Below are positions 50,566-60,861 of a stretch of 64,000 nt of DNA, piece by piece (positions within the stretch are counted from its first letter, which is position 1; every line of letters starts with the position of its first letter). The DNA lies in the NCBI RefSeq assembly GCF_002087085.1, contig NZ_MWQY01000012.1:1-64000 (forward strand), read 5' to 3'. A model generated the notes under the pieces. That model was not told the DNA's origin, did not search any database, and saw only the letters and a list, made by a program, of their open reading frames with translations. Both the position numbers and the translations under genes were made by a program.

Positions 50566-51897
50566 ATGGCGGTAAATGTCTGTGTTGTGGGAACCGGGTA
50601 CGTAGGATTAATCGCGGCCCTGGGTCTCGCCGATTTCGGCAACAGCGTTGTGGGCGTCGATGTGGACGCCAAAAAGATCGAGTCCCTGAACAAGGGTATT
50701 CCCACCATCTACGAACCGGGCTGTGAGGAGTACCTGCGCCGGAATCTGGAATCCGGACGTCTGCAGTTTTCCACCGATATCGGCGCCTCCATAGCGCGGG
50801 CCGATGTTGTCTTCATCGCCGTGGGAACCCCTCCGAAGGAGGACGGCAGCGCGGATCTGCAATACGTCGAGATGGTCGCCCGCTCGGTGGCGGAGAACCT
50901 GGACGGCTACACCGTGGTCGTGACCAAGTCTACCGTACCGGTAGGGACCAACCGCTGGGTTGCAGAACGCATCAAGGCCTTCAACCCCAAAGCGAAGGAG
51001 GGGGAAAATTACGATGTGGTCTCCAATCCGGAGTTCCTGCGGGAAGGCAAAGCGGTACAGGACTTCTTCCATCCCGACAGGATCGTCATCGGTACCGGGT
51101 CTCCGAAAGCCCGGGAGGTCATGGAGGAGCTCTACCGGGCCCTCTACCTGATCCAGACCCCCTTCGTCTGGTGTTCCCTGGAGACCGCGGAGCTTATAAA
51201 ATACGCTGCCAACGCCTTCCTGGCGGTTAAGATCACCTTTATCAACCAGATGGCCAACCTGGCCGAAGCGGTGAATGGAGACATCCACCAGATTGCCAAG
51301 GCCATGGGCATGGACGGACGCATAAGTCCGAAATTCCTGCATCCCGGACCCGGTTACGGCGGAAGCTGCTTTCCCAAGGACACCAGGGCCATTGTTTCCA
51401 CCGGAGAGCAGCACGGTGTGGATATGAGCCTGATCAAGTCCGCGGTGGAGGCCAACGATGCCCAGAAGGAGCGGATGGTCGCGAAGCTGGAGGCCATGTT
51501 CGAAACGGCCGGCACCCCGGGCCTTGCGGACAAGACCGTTGCGGTGCTGGGGCTGGCCTTCAAGGCTGAGACCGACGATATTCGTGAAACCCCGGCCCTG
51601 AACATGGTGGGAAGACTCCTTGAAAAAGGAACCAGGGTACAGGCCCACGATCCCAAGGCGATGGATAATTTCTCCCGGGAGTTCGACGAGGTTCTCTACT
51701 GCGCTTCCGAGTTCGATGCCGCCAAAGGGGCGGACGCCCTTGTCATAATGACGGAGTGGAACATCTACCGCAACATCGATACCGACCGGCTCAGGAAGCT
51801 GATGAGGGGACGCATAATCCTGGATACCCGCAATGTACTGGATGCAGAACGGGTCAAGGAGGCGGGCTTCCTCTACCAGGGAGTCGGCCGGGGATGA
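50566..51897 (+). CDS. ugd: UDP-glucose 6-dehydrogenase
   Basis: GTGYVG, KSTVPVG, NPEFLREG, GYGGSCFPKD. Confidence 0.92.
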   Translation: MAVNVCVVGTGYVGLIAALGLADFGNSVVGVDVDAKKIESLNKGIPTIYEPGCEEYLRRNLESGRLQFSTDIGASIARADVVFIAVGTPPKEDGSADLQYVEMVARSVAENLDGYTVVVTKSTVPVGTNRWVAERIKAFNPKAKEGENYDVVSNPEFLREGKAVQDFFHPDRIVIGTGSPKAREVMEELYRALYLIQTPFVWCSLETAELIKYAANAFLAVKITFINQMANLAEAVNGDIHQIAKAMGMDGRISPKFLHPGPGYGGSCFPKDTRAIVSTGEQHGVDMSLIKSAVEANDAQKERMVAKLEAMFETAGTPGLADKTVAVLGLAFKAETDDIRETPALNMVGRLLEKGTRVQAHDPKAMDNFSREFDEVLYCASEFDAAKGADALVIMTEWNIYRNIDTDRLRKLMRGRIILDTRNVLDAERVKEAGFLYQGVGRG

Positions 51898-52889
51898 TTA
51901 TAAAGACGGTCTCCTACCCCCGGGCTGCGCTTATAGGGAATCCTTCCGACGGATACTACGGCAAAACCATTGCCTTTACCTTTGCCGACTTCCAGGCAGA
52001 CATCACCCTCTACCAGAGTCCGGAACTGGAGATCCTTCCCGGCCGGAGGGACACCACCAAGTTTGCCGGCCTGAAGGATCTGGCGGAGGATGTGGCCCAT
52101 TACGGATACTACGGCGGAGTACGCCTCCTCAAAGCGACCATAAAACGCTTTTACGACTACTGCACCGAACAGGGGATCGATCTTGATGAGCGGAATTTTA
52201 CCATTCGCTATCACTCTTCCATTCCCCTTCATCTTGGACTTGCGGGTTCCTCTGCGATAATCACCGCCTGCATGCGGGCCCTGATGAACTATTATTCCGT
52301 TTCCATTCCCGATCATACCCTTCCGAATCTTGTCCTGTCGGTGGAACGGCAGGAACTGGGCATAGGCGGCGGGCTGCAGGACCGGGTTGCCCAGGCCTAT
52401 CAGGGAATTGTCTACATGGATTTTGACCGGGGGCTGATGGAGAGCAGGGGCTACGGAGGCTATGAACGCCTGGAACCGGGAAAAATGCCCAGGCTTTTTA
52501 TCGCCTACAAGCCTGAACTCAGCGAAGGAAGCGAAGTGGTCCACAATGATCTGCGCTACCGCTTCGACAACGGAGAGGAAAAGGTCCTGAAGGCCATGGT
52601 ACAGTTCGGCGAATACGCCCGGCAGGTACGGGAGATGTTCATCAGCGGAGATTATTCCGATCTCGGCAGGATCATGAACGCCAACTTCGATCTGCGCCGC
52701 AGTATCTGCGCCATAAGCAGGGAGAACGAGGCCATGGTGGAGGCCGCCAGAAGCACCGGTGCCTCGGCAAAGTTTACCGGCTCCGGAGGAGCGATTATCG
52801 GAACCTATGCCGATGAGGCCCAGTATACGGCGGTAAAAGAGGCCATGCGCGCAATCGGGGCAATCGCCATAAAACCGGAAATCCGCTAA
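51894..52889 (+). CDS. GHMP kinase, glucuronokinase-like
   Basis: RAALIGNPSDGYYG, IPLHLGLAGSSA, GLQDRVAQ, KFTGSGGA; ATGA overlap with ugd. Confidence 0.75.
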   Translation: MIIKTVSYPRAALIGNPSDGYYGKTIAFTFADFQADITLYQSPELEILPGRRDTTKFAGLKDLAEDVAHYGYYGGVRLLKATIKRFYDYCTEQGIDLDERNFTIRYHSSIPLHLGLAGSSAIITACMRALMNYYSVSIPDHTLPNLVLSVERQELGIGGGLQDRVAQAYQGIVYMDFDRGLMESRGYGGYERLEPGKMPRLFIAYKPELSEGSEVVHNDLRYRFDNGEEKVLKAMVQFGEYARQVREMFISGDYSDLGRIMNANFDLRRSICAISRENEAMVEAARSTGASAKFTGSGGAIIGTYADEAQYTAVKEAMRAIGAIAIKPEIR

Positions 52890-52906
52890 GCAGGAGTTGG
52901 ACGGCC

Positions 52907-53776
52907 ATGGTCAGAAAAGCAGTTATTCCCGCGGCGGGCTACGGAACCCGCTTTTTGCCGGCGACAAAATCGCAGCCCAAGGAGATGCTCCCGGTTGTCG
53001 ATACCCCCACCATCCAGTATGTGGTCAACGAAGCGGTGGAATCGGGAATCAAGGATATCCTCCTGATAATCGGCCGGGGAAAACGGGCCATCGAGGAGCA
53101 TTTTGCCCGGAACTATGAGCTCGAAGAGCTTCTGAAGGCCAAGGGTAAGGAAGAGGAACTCAGGCTGATCCAGGCTGTACCCGGGGACGTGAACATCCAT
53201 TTTGTCTGGCAGCATGAACAGAACGGACTGGGAGACGCCATACGCTATGCCCGGGACCACGTGGGAAACGAGCCCTTTGCGGTACTGCTGGGGGATACTG
53301 TCCTCGAGAGCAGCGAGGAGCGCCCGGTAACCCGGCAGCTGATGGATGTCTACAATCGCTATGAGGAACTTGTCGTCGCCCTGGAGGAGGTTCCGAGGGA
53401 GCGGGTCAGCAGGTACGGCGTAATCGACGGAAAGGAGATCGGCTCAGGAGTCTATCTGGTGGAAGACATGGTGGAAAAACCCTCTCCCGCCGAAACTCCG
53501 TCAAATCTGGTGATAGCCAGCCGCTATATACTGCCGCCGGAAATTTTCCGGGCCCTTGAGAATACGAAACCCGGAAAGGGCGGCGAGATCCAGCTGACCG
53601 ACGCCATGCGTATTCTGCTCGCCGACCGGGCCATGTACGGCTATCGCTTCAAGGGCCGGCGTCATGATCTGGGGGACAAGCTGGAGTTTCTCAAGACCAG
53701 CATTCTCTATGCCCTCAAGCGGGAGGATATGCGGGATCCCCTTCTTGCATGGATGAGGGATCTTGTGCAAAATTGA
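52907..53776 (+). CDS. galU: UTP--glucose-1-phosphate uridylyltransferase
   Basis: KAVIPAAGYGTRFLPATK, VEKP, GEIQLTDA. Confidence 0.92.
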   Translation: MVRKAVIPAAGYGTRFLPATKSQPKEMLPVVDTPTIQYVVNEAVESGIKDILLIIGRGKRAIEEHFARNYELEELLKAKGKEEELRLIQAVPGDVNIHFVWQHEQNGLGDAIRYARDHVGNEPFAVLLGDTVLESSEERPVTRQLMDVYNRYEELVVALEEVPRERVSRYGVIDGKEIGSGVYLVEDMVEKPSPAETPSNLVIASRYILPPEIFRALENTKPGKGGEIQLTDAMRILLADRAMYGYRFKGRRHDLGDKLEFLKTSILYALKREDMRDPLLAWMRDLVQN

Positions 53777-53794
53777 TTACAGGTAAATAATTAT

Positions 53795-53943
53795 GGGTAC
53801 CTCTAAAAACTACTCTTTTCCCCATATCCTGTGTCGTCAAGATCTCCCGCGGTCCTCAACTCTTGTTACCACAAGAGTCTGCGGGCGCTACAAAATCTTT
53901 CCTCCTTGACTATGGTAAAAATACCACGTTTTTAGAGATGCCC
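53795..53943. mobile_element. MITE-like element (149 bp)
   Basis: Terminal IR GGGTACCTCTAAAAAC / GTTTTTAGAGATGCCC (13/16), internal hairpin ACTCTTGT..ACAAGAGT, TA-rich flanks, no ORF. Confidence 0.7.
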
Positions 53944-53965
53944 TATAGTAAAAAAGGTGGCAAGC

Positions 53966-54832
53966 ATGAAAGCGATTATACTCTCCGGCGGGACGGCAAC
54001 CCGGCTGTTTCCGTCGACCCTAGCAATCTCCAAGCAGATTCTGCCGGTCTACGACAAACCCATGATCTATTACCCCCTGTCGACGCTGATGCTGGCAGGT
54101 ATCCGGGAGGTACTGATCATCTCCACTCCCCGGGACATTGGCCCCTTTGAAGAGCTGCTGGGAGACGGGAAAGCCCTGGGGATGTCCTTCTCCTACGCGG
54201 TGCAGGAGAAACCCCGGGGGCTGGCGGACGCATTTATCGTGGGTCAGGATTTTATCGGCGGCGACCGGGTCGCCATGATCCTTGGAGACAACATGTTCTA
54301 CGGTCAGGGATTCAGCGCCATGCTTAAAAAAGCCGCAGAGCGCGAGGAGGGGGCCACGATCTTCGGCTACCCGGTAAAGGACCCCCGGGCCTACGGCGTG
54401 GTGGAGTTCGACACAGAGGGCAATGTGCTCTCCATTGAGGAGAAACCAGAGCAGCCGAAATCCCGCTATGCCGTTCCGGGCCTCTATTTTTACGACAATG
54501 ACGTGGTGGAAATCGCGAAGAAAACGCAACCCTCCGCCCGGGGGGAGATCGAGATCACCAGCGTGAATAACGAATACCTGCGGCGGGGAAAACTGAAGGT
54601 GGAACTTTTCGGACGCGGTTTTGCCTGGCTCGATACCGGGAACCCCGCGGACCTTCTGAACGCGGCCAACTTTATCGAGACCGTGCAGACCCGGCAGGGT
54701 ATGTACGTTGCCTGCATCGAGGAGATCGCCTTTAACAACGGCTGGATAGATAAAGAAGGCCTCCTCAAACAGGCTGAAGCCCTGGGCAAAACCGACTATG
54801 CCGGATATCTGCGTTCCCTTGTCCGGGAGTGA
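53966..54832 (+). CDS. rfbA: Glucose-1-phosphate thymidylyltransferase
   Basis: [36 protein letters not shown]. Confidence 0.95.
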   Translation: MKAIILSGGTATRLFPSTLAISKQILPVYDKPMIYYPLSTLMLAGIREVLIISTPRDIGPFEELLGDGKALGMSFSYAVQEKPRGLADAFIVGQDFIGGDRVAMILGDNMFYGQGFSAMLKKAAEREEGATIFGYPVKDPRAYGVVEFDTEGNVLSIEEKPEQPKSRYAVPGLYFYDNDVVEIAKKTQPSARGEIEITSVNNEYLRRGKLKVELFGRGFAWLDTGNPADLLNAANFIETVQTRQGMYVACIEEIAFNNGWIDKEGLLKQAEALGKTDYAGYLRSLVRE

Positions 54833-54838
54833 CACTGT

Positions 54839-55378
54839 ATGCCCTTCAGTTTTTTTTCCGGAGAGCTTCCCGGACTTATAATAATAGAACCCCGGGTTTT
54901 CCCGGATGACCGGGGCTTTTTTCTGGAAACCTTCAAGGAGTCTGATTTTACCCCGGCAGGGATTTCCGGCCCCTTTGTTCAGGACAACCACTCCCGCTCA
55001 TCCCGCGGTGTCCTGAGGGGTCTTCATTTTCAGAAAGAACCCCACGCCCAGGGGAAACTTGTGCGGGTAAGCCGCGGCGTGGCCTGGGATGTTGCGGTGG
55101 ATTTGCGAAATAGCTCCCCTGCGTATGGAAAGTGGACTGCCCTGGAGCTCTCGGAAGATAATCAGCGCATGGTCTATATTCCCCCCGGTTTCGCCCACGG
55201 TTTTCTTGCCCTGGAGGACGATACCGAGCTTCAGTACAAATGCACCGCCGAATACAAGGGCGACGCCGATGCCGGCGTCCGCTGGGACGATCCGGATATC
55301 GCGATAGACTGGCCCTTTACCGACGTAATCGTGTCTGAAAAGGACATGAGCCTGCCGTATCTGAAGGACCTTGCGTGA
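54839..55378 (+). CDS. rfbC: dTDP-4-dehydrorhamnose 3,5-epimerase
   Basis: DDRGFF, QDNHS, RGLHFQ, GFAHGF. Confidence 0.95.
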   Translation: MPFSFFSGELPGLIIIEPRVFPDDRGFFLETFKESDFTPAGISGPFVQDNHSRSSRGVLRGLHFQKEPHAQGKLVRVSRGVAWDVAVDLRNSSPAYGKWTALELSEDNQRMVYIPPGFAHGFLALEDDTELQYKCTAEYKGDADAGVRWDDPDIAIDWPFTDVIVSEKDMSLPYLKDLA

Positions 55379-56253
55379 TCTGGATAATCGGCAACCAGGG
55401 TATGCTGGGAAAGGAGCTCTCCCGCTATTTTGATGAAGCCGGCCTTCCACACGTCGGGAGTGACCGGGAGGTCAGCATTCTCGAACCATCAGCCCTGCGG
55501 AACTTTACGAAGAAGCATAGACCTGACTGGATCGTCAACTGCTCGGCCTATACCGCGGTGGACAAGGCGGAGGAGGAAGAGTCTTCAGCCTTCGCGCTGA
55601 ACCGGGACGGCCCTGCATATATTGCCGAAGCTGCCGCAGATCATAACATCCCGCTTATCCACATATCCACAGACTACGTTTTTGACGGCAGCTCTGCCGA
55701 ACCCCTGGCTGAAGACGCTGCCACAGGTCCGCAGAGCGTCTACGGAAGAAGCAAGCTGGCGGGAGAAGAGGCGGTCCGGAAGATAACGGAACGGCACTTT
55801 ATTATCCGCACCGCCTGGCTCTACGGGGAATTCGGCAGTAACTTTGTCTACACCATGCTGAAACTGATGGAGAGTCGGGACAGCATCAAGGTGGTGAATG
55901 ATCAGAAAGGCTCTCCCACCTGGGCGCGGGAACTCGCCCTGCTTATCTCTGTAATTATCGGCTCAGGAAGTACAGCATATGGCACCTACCACTTTTCCGG
56001 CGAGGGAGAGTGCAGCTGGTACGGCTTTGCCCGGGAGATTTACCGCCTGGGCAGGGAAAAAGGTGTACTTACCTCGGAATGCGAAATAAACCCCTGCCCG
56101 TCTTCGGAGTTTCCCACTCCCGCCAGACGGCCCCGCTATTCCCTGCTTTGCAAGGAGAAAGTCAAGCGAGAATTTGGCCTTGAGATACCGGACTGGAAAG
56201 ACTCATTGGCCGAGTTCTTTTCCTCTGCGGATATTCCGCTGAATGCGGTATGA
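55375..56253 (+). CDS. rfbD: dTDP-4-dehydrorhamnose reductase
   Basis: GNQGMLG, AYTAVDKAE, STDYVFDG, YGRSK. Confidence 0.95.
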   Translation: MIWIIGNQGMLGKELSRYFDEAGLPHVGSDREVSILEPSALRNFTKKHRPDWIVNCSAYTAVDKAEEEESSAFALNRDGPAYIAEAAADHNIPLIHISTDYVFDGSSAEPLAEDAATGPQSVYGRSKLAGEEAVRKITERHFIIRTAWLYGEFGSNFVYTMLKLMESRDSIKVVNDQKGSPTWARELALLISVIIGSGSTAYGTYHFSGEGECSWYGFAREIYRLGREKGVLTSECEINPCPSSEFPTPARRPRYSLLCKEKVKREFGLEIPDWKDSLAEFFSSADIPLNAV

Positions 56254-56311
56254 AAAGCAGAGATCTAAGGATGGATACAATCGAAGATTCCATATGGGGA
56301 GTAAAAATAGT

Positions 56312-57379
56312 ATGAGATCATTGAAAAGTGTACTGGTTACCGGCGGGGCGGGTTTTATCGGGGTCAATTTTATCCGCTATCTCTTTGAGAAGGCTGGTTT
56401 TACCGGCAGACTCGTTAATCTTGACATGCTGACCTACGCGGGAAACCCTGCGAGTCTTGCGGATTTCGAAGAGAAGTATCCTGAACGCTACATTTTTGTC
56501 CGGGGCGACATCCGGGATCGAAAGACGGTGGAGCGGATTTTTACCGAGCATGCAATTGATACGGTGGTCCACTTTGCCGCCGAAAGCCACGTGGACCGCT
56601 CGATCCTGGGTCCTGAGGCCTTCATAAGCACTAACGTTATGGGTACCTTTACCCTGCTGGAGGCTGCCCGGAACTCCTGGAACGGCAGCCATGAGGTGCT
56701 GTTCCATCACGTCAGCACCGATGAGGTCTACGGCTCTCTGGGAGAGGAAGGCTACTTTACCGAGACTACCCCCTACGACCCCCGGAGTCCCTATTCGGCG
56801 AGCAAGGCGGGGAGCGATCATCTCGTGCAGGCCTATCATCATACCTACGGACTGCCGGTAACCCTGTCAAACTGTTCCAATAATTACGGACCCTACCAGT
56901 TTCCGGAGAAACTGATTCCCCTGATGATCATGAACATGCTGGAAGGAAAAGCCCTGCCGGTGTACGGGGACGGAAAAAACATCCGGGACTGGCTCTATGT
57001 GGAAGACCATGCCTCGGCTGTCTGGCAGGTCATCCGGGATGCCCCTGCGGGAGAGAGCTACAACGTGGGGGGCGAGAACGAGTGGGAAAACATTACCCTT
57101 CTTAATCGCCTGATAGAAATAGTGGCGGCAAAAAGCGGAAAAGACCCGGAAAGAATCCGGCAGACCATTACCTATGTAAAAGACCGGCCCGGCCACGACC
57201 GCCGCTACGCCATTGATTGCGAAAAAATCAAGCGGGACCTGGGCTGGAAACAGTCGGTCAGCTTTGAAGAGGGATTGTCCCGTACTGTCGACTGGTATTT
57301 GAACAATCCGGAATGGACCGAATCCATACGAAGCGGCGAGTACCAGGACTGGATAGCAAAGAATTACGGCAGCCGTTAG
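56312..57379 (+). CDS. rfbB: dTDP-glucose 4,6-dehydratase
   Basis: VTGGAGFIG, HFAAESHVDRS, STDEVYG, YSASK, DRPGHDRRY. Confidence 0.95.
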   Translation: MRSLKSVLVTGGAGFIGVNFIRYLFEKAGFTGRLVNLDMLTYAGNPASLADFEEKYPERYIFVRGDIRDRKTVERIFTEHAIDTVVHFAAESHVDRSILGPEAFISTNVMGTFTLLEAARNSWNGSHEVLFHHVSTDEVYGSLGEEGYFTETTPYDPRSPYSASKAGSDHLVQAYHHTYGLPVTLSNCSNNYGPYQFPEKLIPLMIMNMLEGKALPVYGDGKNIRDWLYVEDHASAVWQVIRDAPAGESYNVGGENEWENITLLNRLIEIVAAKSGKDPERIRQTITYVKDRPGHDRRYAIDCEKIKRDLGWKQSVSFEEGLSRTVDWYLNNPEWTESIRSGEYQDWIAKNYGSR

Positions 57380-57386
57380 AATAAGC

Positions 57387-58022
57387 ATGCGATTTATCGG
57401 AATTTTTCTTCTCTTCTCATGTCTGGTGTTTACTGCCTCCGCGGAGGACGATCAGCTTGATCTCATTCTTTCGAATATCAGCGGCGAATCAGGCGTTCTG
57501 CGTCCGCTTGATCTTGAAATTCTTACCAGGATGCTGGAATATGCCGATAAACAGGGAAAGACGATTTTTGAGCTTCTGAATGAATCGTTCCTCTATCTGC
57601 AGGACCGGGGTCTTCGGATCCGACTGGACGGTGATGATCTGCGGGACCTTAACAGCCGCTTTGAGCTTGGGGGAAGGCGGGTAAATACGCTGCTGCCGGT
57701 GGAGAAGATCGATCATATCGAGATAGGGTCTGTTCTTCAGAAAAATCAGGCGGCCATGGAGGTTTTTCTCTTTGAAAAACACTCCGATTTTCTTGAGCTG
57801 GGGGATTTTTACCTTTCCGAGCACTTCGGTTTTACGGGCCTTGAAGAAGGCTGGTACCGCGGAGGCTTCGGCGTCAAGGTCAGGTACCTGTTCATGTCCC
57901 TGGAGCTCGAGGCACTGAACCTCTACGAAGAACGGAAGATCGCCATCTGGGTACAGGGATTTCCCCGGCCCAAACGCTGGCGGATAGATCCCATCAGGGA
58001 ACGGAGAGATTTTTCTGAGTAA
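57387..58022 (+). CDS. Hypothetical exported protein
   Basis: Signal peptide-like N-terminus; fits the operon. Confidence 0.65.
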   Translation: MRFIGIFLLFSCLVFTASAEDDQLDLILSNISGESGVLRPLDLEILTRMLEYADKQGKTIFELLNESFLYLQDRGLRIRLDGDDLRDLNSRFELGGRRVNTLLPVEKIDHIEIGSVLQKNQAAMEVFLFEKHSDFLELGDFYLSEHFGFTGLEEGWYRGGFGVKVRYLFMSLELEALNLYEERKIAIWVQGFPRPKRWRIDPIRERRDFSE

Positions 58023-58043
58023 GTATAATCAAAAGGACATTCA

Positions 58044-59537
58044 ATGCTCTTTTCTCTAGCCTTCCGCAATGTGATACGCAATATAAGGCGCCTGGGACCG
58101 ATGATCTTCAGTCTGGTCCTTATTTTCTGCCTGCTGGTTATCGGAAACGCGGTACTCAACACAACGGTGGAATCCCTGTATCGGGTCTATGCCCGGAACA
58201 TTACGGGGGATTTTACCGTTGGTCCCGTGGCGGAGGACAACTTTACCGTCTTCGGCTCCGACCAGCTCCTGGTGGGACAGTACCTTATTCCCCCGACGCT
58301 GATCGATTTTCCCGAAATGCAGGAACTCGTCGCCTCCTGGCCGGAAATCAGGGCCACCGCCGGCTTGATAACTTCCGGAGCACGGATACAGTTTGAGGGC
58401 AGTTCCCAGGATTCCACCGTTTTCGGGGTTGATTTTACCGATTACCCTGAGCTTGTACCCGGCCTGCGTCTGGAGGAGGGATCCTTTCCCGAAGCGGGCA
58501 AACCGGGTATCGTGCTGCAGAAACAGAGCGCCCTCGGCAGAATGGAAGAGATCGTCGGTAAAAGCGTTCTTCTGGCCTCCGGGCTGGGAAGGAGCTTTAC
58601 CCTGCGGGAGGTCCCCGTTACCGGGCTCATGAGCTACCCCGTGCGGGACTCCATGCTGGACAGCGTGGTCCTGGTGGATTCCAATACCGCCCGGGCCCTG
58701 AACGGATACCTCTACAGCTCCGTGGATACGGAGGATTTTTCCCGGGAGGATCAGTCGGCCCTGGCCTCCGACCTCGACAGCCTTTTCGGCGGGGGCGGCG
58801 ATGACGCCTTTTTTGGAGAGCAGACGGAAAGCCCGGTCGATGAAGGGGATTCCGGGGCCATCGATCCCGCGGCTCTGCTGGCCGGTGATGCCGCTGAACA
58901 GCCGGAGACTTCAGTGCCTGTCGATATTCCCGGCGTATCGGAGTCAAAAGACGACGGAGCCTGGAACTTTCTGCTTGTCTCTCTGTATAAGCCCGGAGAT
59001 GCAAAAGCGGTAATGTCCCGGCTGAGCGGCGAGGGATTCAACCCGGACAGGGGATATCTGGTACGGGACTGGAGCAAAAGCGTCGGCGGAACCGCCCTGC
59101 TGGCTCAGTTTCTCCAGCTCATGCTGAATATAGGCCTCATGTTCGTCTCCCTGGGGGCGGTAATCATTACCACCAACGCCCTGTTGCTTTCGGTGCTGGA
59201 ACGGACCGGAGAAATCGGCACCCTGCGGGCCATGGGAGCCAGCCGGCCGCGTATATCCGTGATGATCTTTATCGAGACCCTGGTGGTTGTTTTCGGGAGC
59301 GCCCTGGTCGGCATAGCCCTGGGACGAATAGCTGTCGAACTGCTGAATGCCCTGGGGATCGTGGTGGACAATCCCTATATCCGGATACTCTTCGGCGGAG
59401 ATCCTGTCCGCGGCAATGTTACCCCGGGTCTCGTGGGCGGTCACCTGTTCGTTGCCCTGGTCCTGACCCTGCTGTCGATGATCTATCCTCTGAAACGTGC
59501 CCTGAGCATAGATCCGGTGGAGGCGATGTCGAAATGA
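58044..59537 (+). CDS. FtsX/LolE-like ABC permease
   Basis: LAFRNV..., ERTGEIGTLRAMG, C-terminal PVEAM. Confidence 0.85.
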   Translation: MLFSLAFRNVIRNIRRLGPMIFSLVLIFCLLVIGNAVLNTTVESLYRVYARNITGDFTVGPVAEDNFTVFGSDQLLVGQYLIPPTLIDFPEMQELVASWPEIRATAGLITSGARIQFEGSSQDSTVFGVDFTDYPELVPGLRLEEGSFPEAGKPGIVLQKQSALGRMEEIVGKSVLLASGLGRSFTLREVPVTGLMSYPVRDSMLDSVVLVDSNTARALNGYLYSSVDTEDFSREDQSALASDLDSLFGGGGDDAFFGEQTESPVDEGDSGAIDPAALLAGDAAEQPETSVPVDIPGVSESKDDGAWNFLLVSLYKPGDAKAVMSRLSGEGFNPDRGYLVRDWSKSVGGTALLAQFLQLMLNIGLMFVSLGAVIITTNALLLSVLERTGEIGTLRAMGASRPRISVMIFIETLVVVFGSALVGIALGRIAVELLNALGIVVDNPYIRILFGGDPVRGNVTPGLVGGHLFVALVLTLLSMIYPLKRALSIDPVEAMSK

Positions 59538-60841
59538 AGGGACTTATTTTTGCCGCCTGGCGTAATTTTACCCGTAATCTCAAACGCTACCGGGTCCTGC
59601 TGATCGCGCTGGTTCTGATTACCGCTGTTCTGCTTGTTTTAATGGGTGTGGTACTGGGCCTGAGGGACGGACTCTACCAGAAGGCCAGCCGCTATTTTTC
59701 CGGCAACATCGTTGTGCTGGGCTACATCGGCGACGGGGATTCGGTTATCGAAGAGCCTGAAAAGGTGGTGGAAGCGGTCCATGCCCTCGAGGAGCGGGGC
59801 TTTTCCCTTAAGACCTACTCCCGGCGAAGCAGTTATTATGACAGGAAGAACATAGAACTTTTCTTTTCCGGGTACTATATTAATCAGCGTCGTATGGTTG
59901 GTGTTGAGTGGGAACTTGAAGCGCCTGTTCTCAGGGGATTTGACTTTTTCTCCGGCGGTGTACCTGCCGTTGAAGATGAGTCGGCGATACTGATATCCAC
60001 CGCCACTGCGGAGAAGCTGAACATCGACGTGGGTGACGAGCTGCTGGTTTCCATAGAGAGCGACCGGGGCCGGACCAACACGGCGGAACTGATTGTCTCC
60101 GGAATCTTTTCAGAATCCTCCTTTTTCGGCTACCAGATATATGTGCACCGAAAGACCCTTAACCGACTTCGGGAGGTTCCGGCGGACGAGATAAACGAGA
60201 TCGGGGTCTATCTTGAAGATCCCCTCAGGACCGAGGATTCCGCAGCCCGGGCCCTTGTGGGGGAGCTTGAAAAATCCCTCCCCACCTTCGGGGTAATAAA
60301 AACCCGGGATGAATACAGCGATCAGTCCCGTAAGGATCACGGTCAGAGAAGCTACGGCGTTGTGAGCGTCGGGGCTCAGCTTGCGGAGATCGATGACCTT
60401 CTGAACGCCATGACCATGATCGCCGGTCTTGTCATTCTCATGTTTTTATGTATTGTTGTGGTGGGGGTGGGAAACACCTTTTCCATGATTGTCTGGGAAC
60501 GGACCAGGGAAATCGGAACCCTGCGGGCCCTGGGAATGCAGCGTGAGCGGGCTGTGCTGACCTTTCTTGCGGAAGCGGGTTTTCTGGGACTTGGCAGCGT
60601 CCTGCTCGGTCTTCTTCTGGGGACCGCCGTACTTGAGCTTGTGCATCAGGTCTTGCGATTTCCTGCAAATCTTGTAACTACCCTTTTTCTCACCCGGGGA
60701 CGGCTGGAATGGCTGATGCCTCCCTGGGCGGTGGCGTCGATTTCCCTGCTCGTTATCGGGGCCTGTGTTCTCGGAAGCCTGCGGGCGGCCCTGAAGGCAG
60801 GTCAGATGAGCCCCGTCGAAGCCCTGAGTCACCAGAAATAG
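59534..60841 (+). CDS. FtsX/LolE-like ABC permease
   Basis: AWRNF..., ERTREIGTLRALG, PVEAL. Confidence 0.85.
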   Translation: MKGLIFAAWRNFTRNLKRYRVLLIALVLITAVLLVLMGVVLGLRDGLYQKASRYFSGNIVVLGYIGDGDSVIEEPEKVVEAVHALEERGFSLKTYSRRSSYYDRKNIELFFSGYYINQRRMVGVEWELEAPVLRGFDFFSGGVPAVEDESAILISTATAEKLNIDVGDELLVSIESDRGRTNTAELIVSGIFSESSFFGYQIYVHRKTLNRLREVPADEINEIGVYLEDPLRTEDSAARALVGELEKSLPTFGVIKTRDEYSDQSRKDHGQRSYGVVSVGAQLAEIDDLLNAMTMIAGLVILMFLCIVVVGVGNTFSMIVWERTREIGTLRALGMQRERAVLTFLAEAGFLGLGSVLLGLLLGTAVLELVHQVLRFPANLVTTLFLTRGRLEWLMPPWAVASISLLVIGACVLGSLRAALKAGQMSPVEALSHQK

Positions 60842-60861
60842 CAGCAGAATGGAGTACTTGT

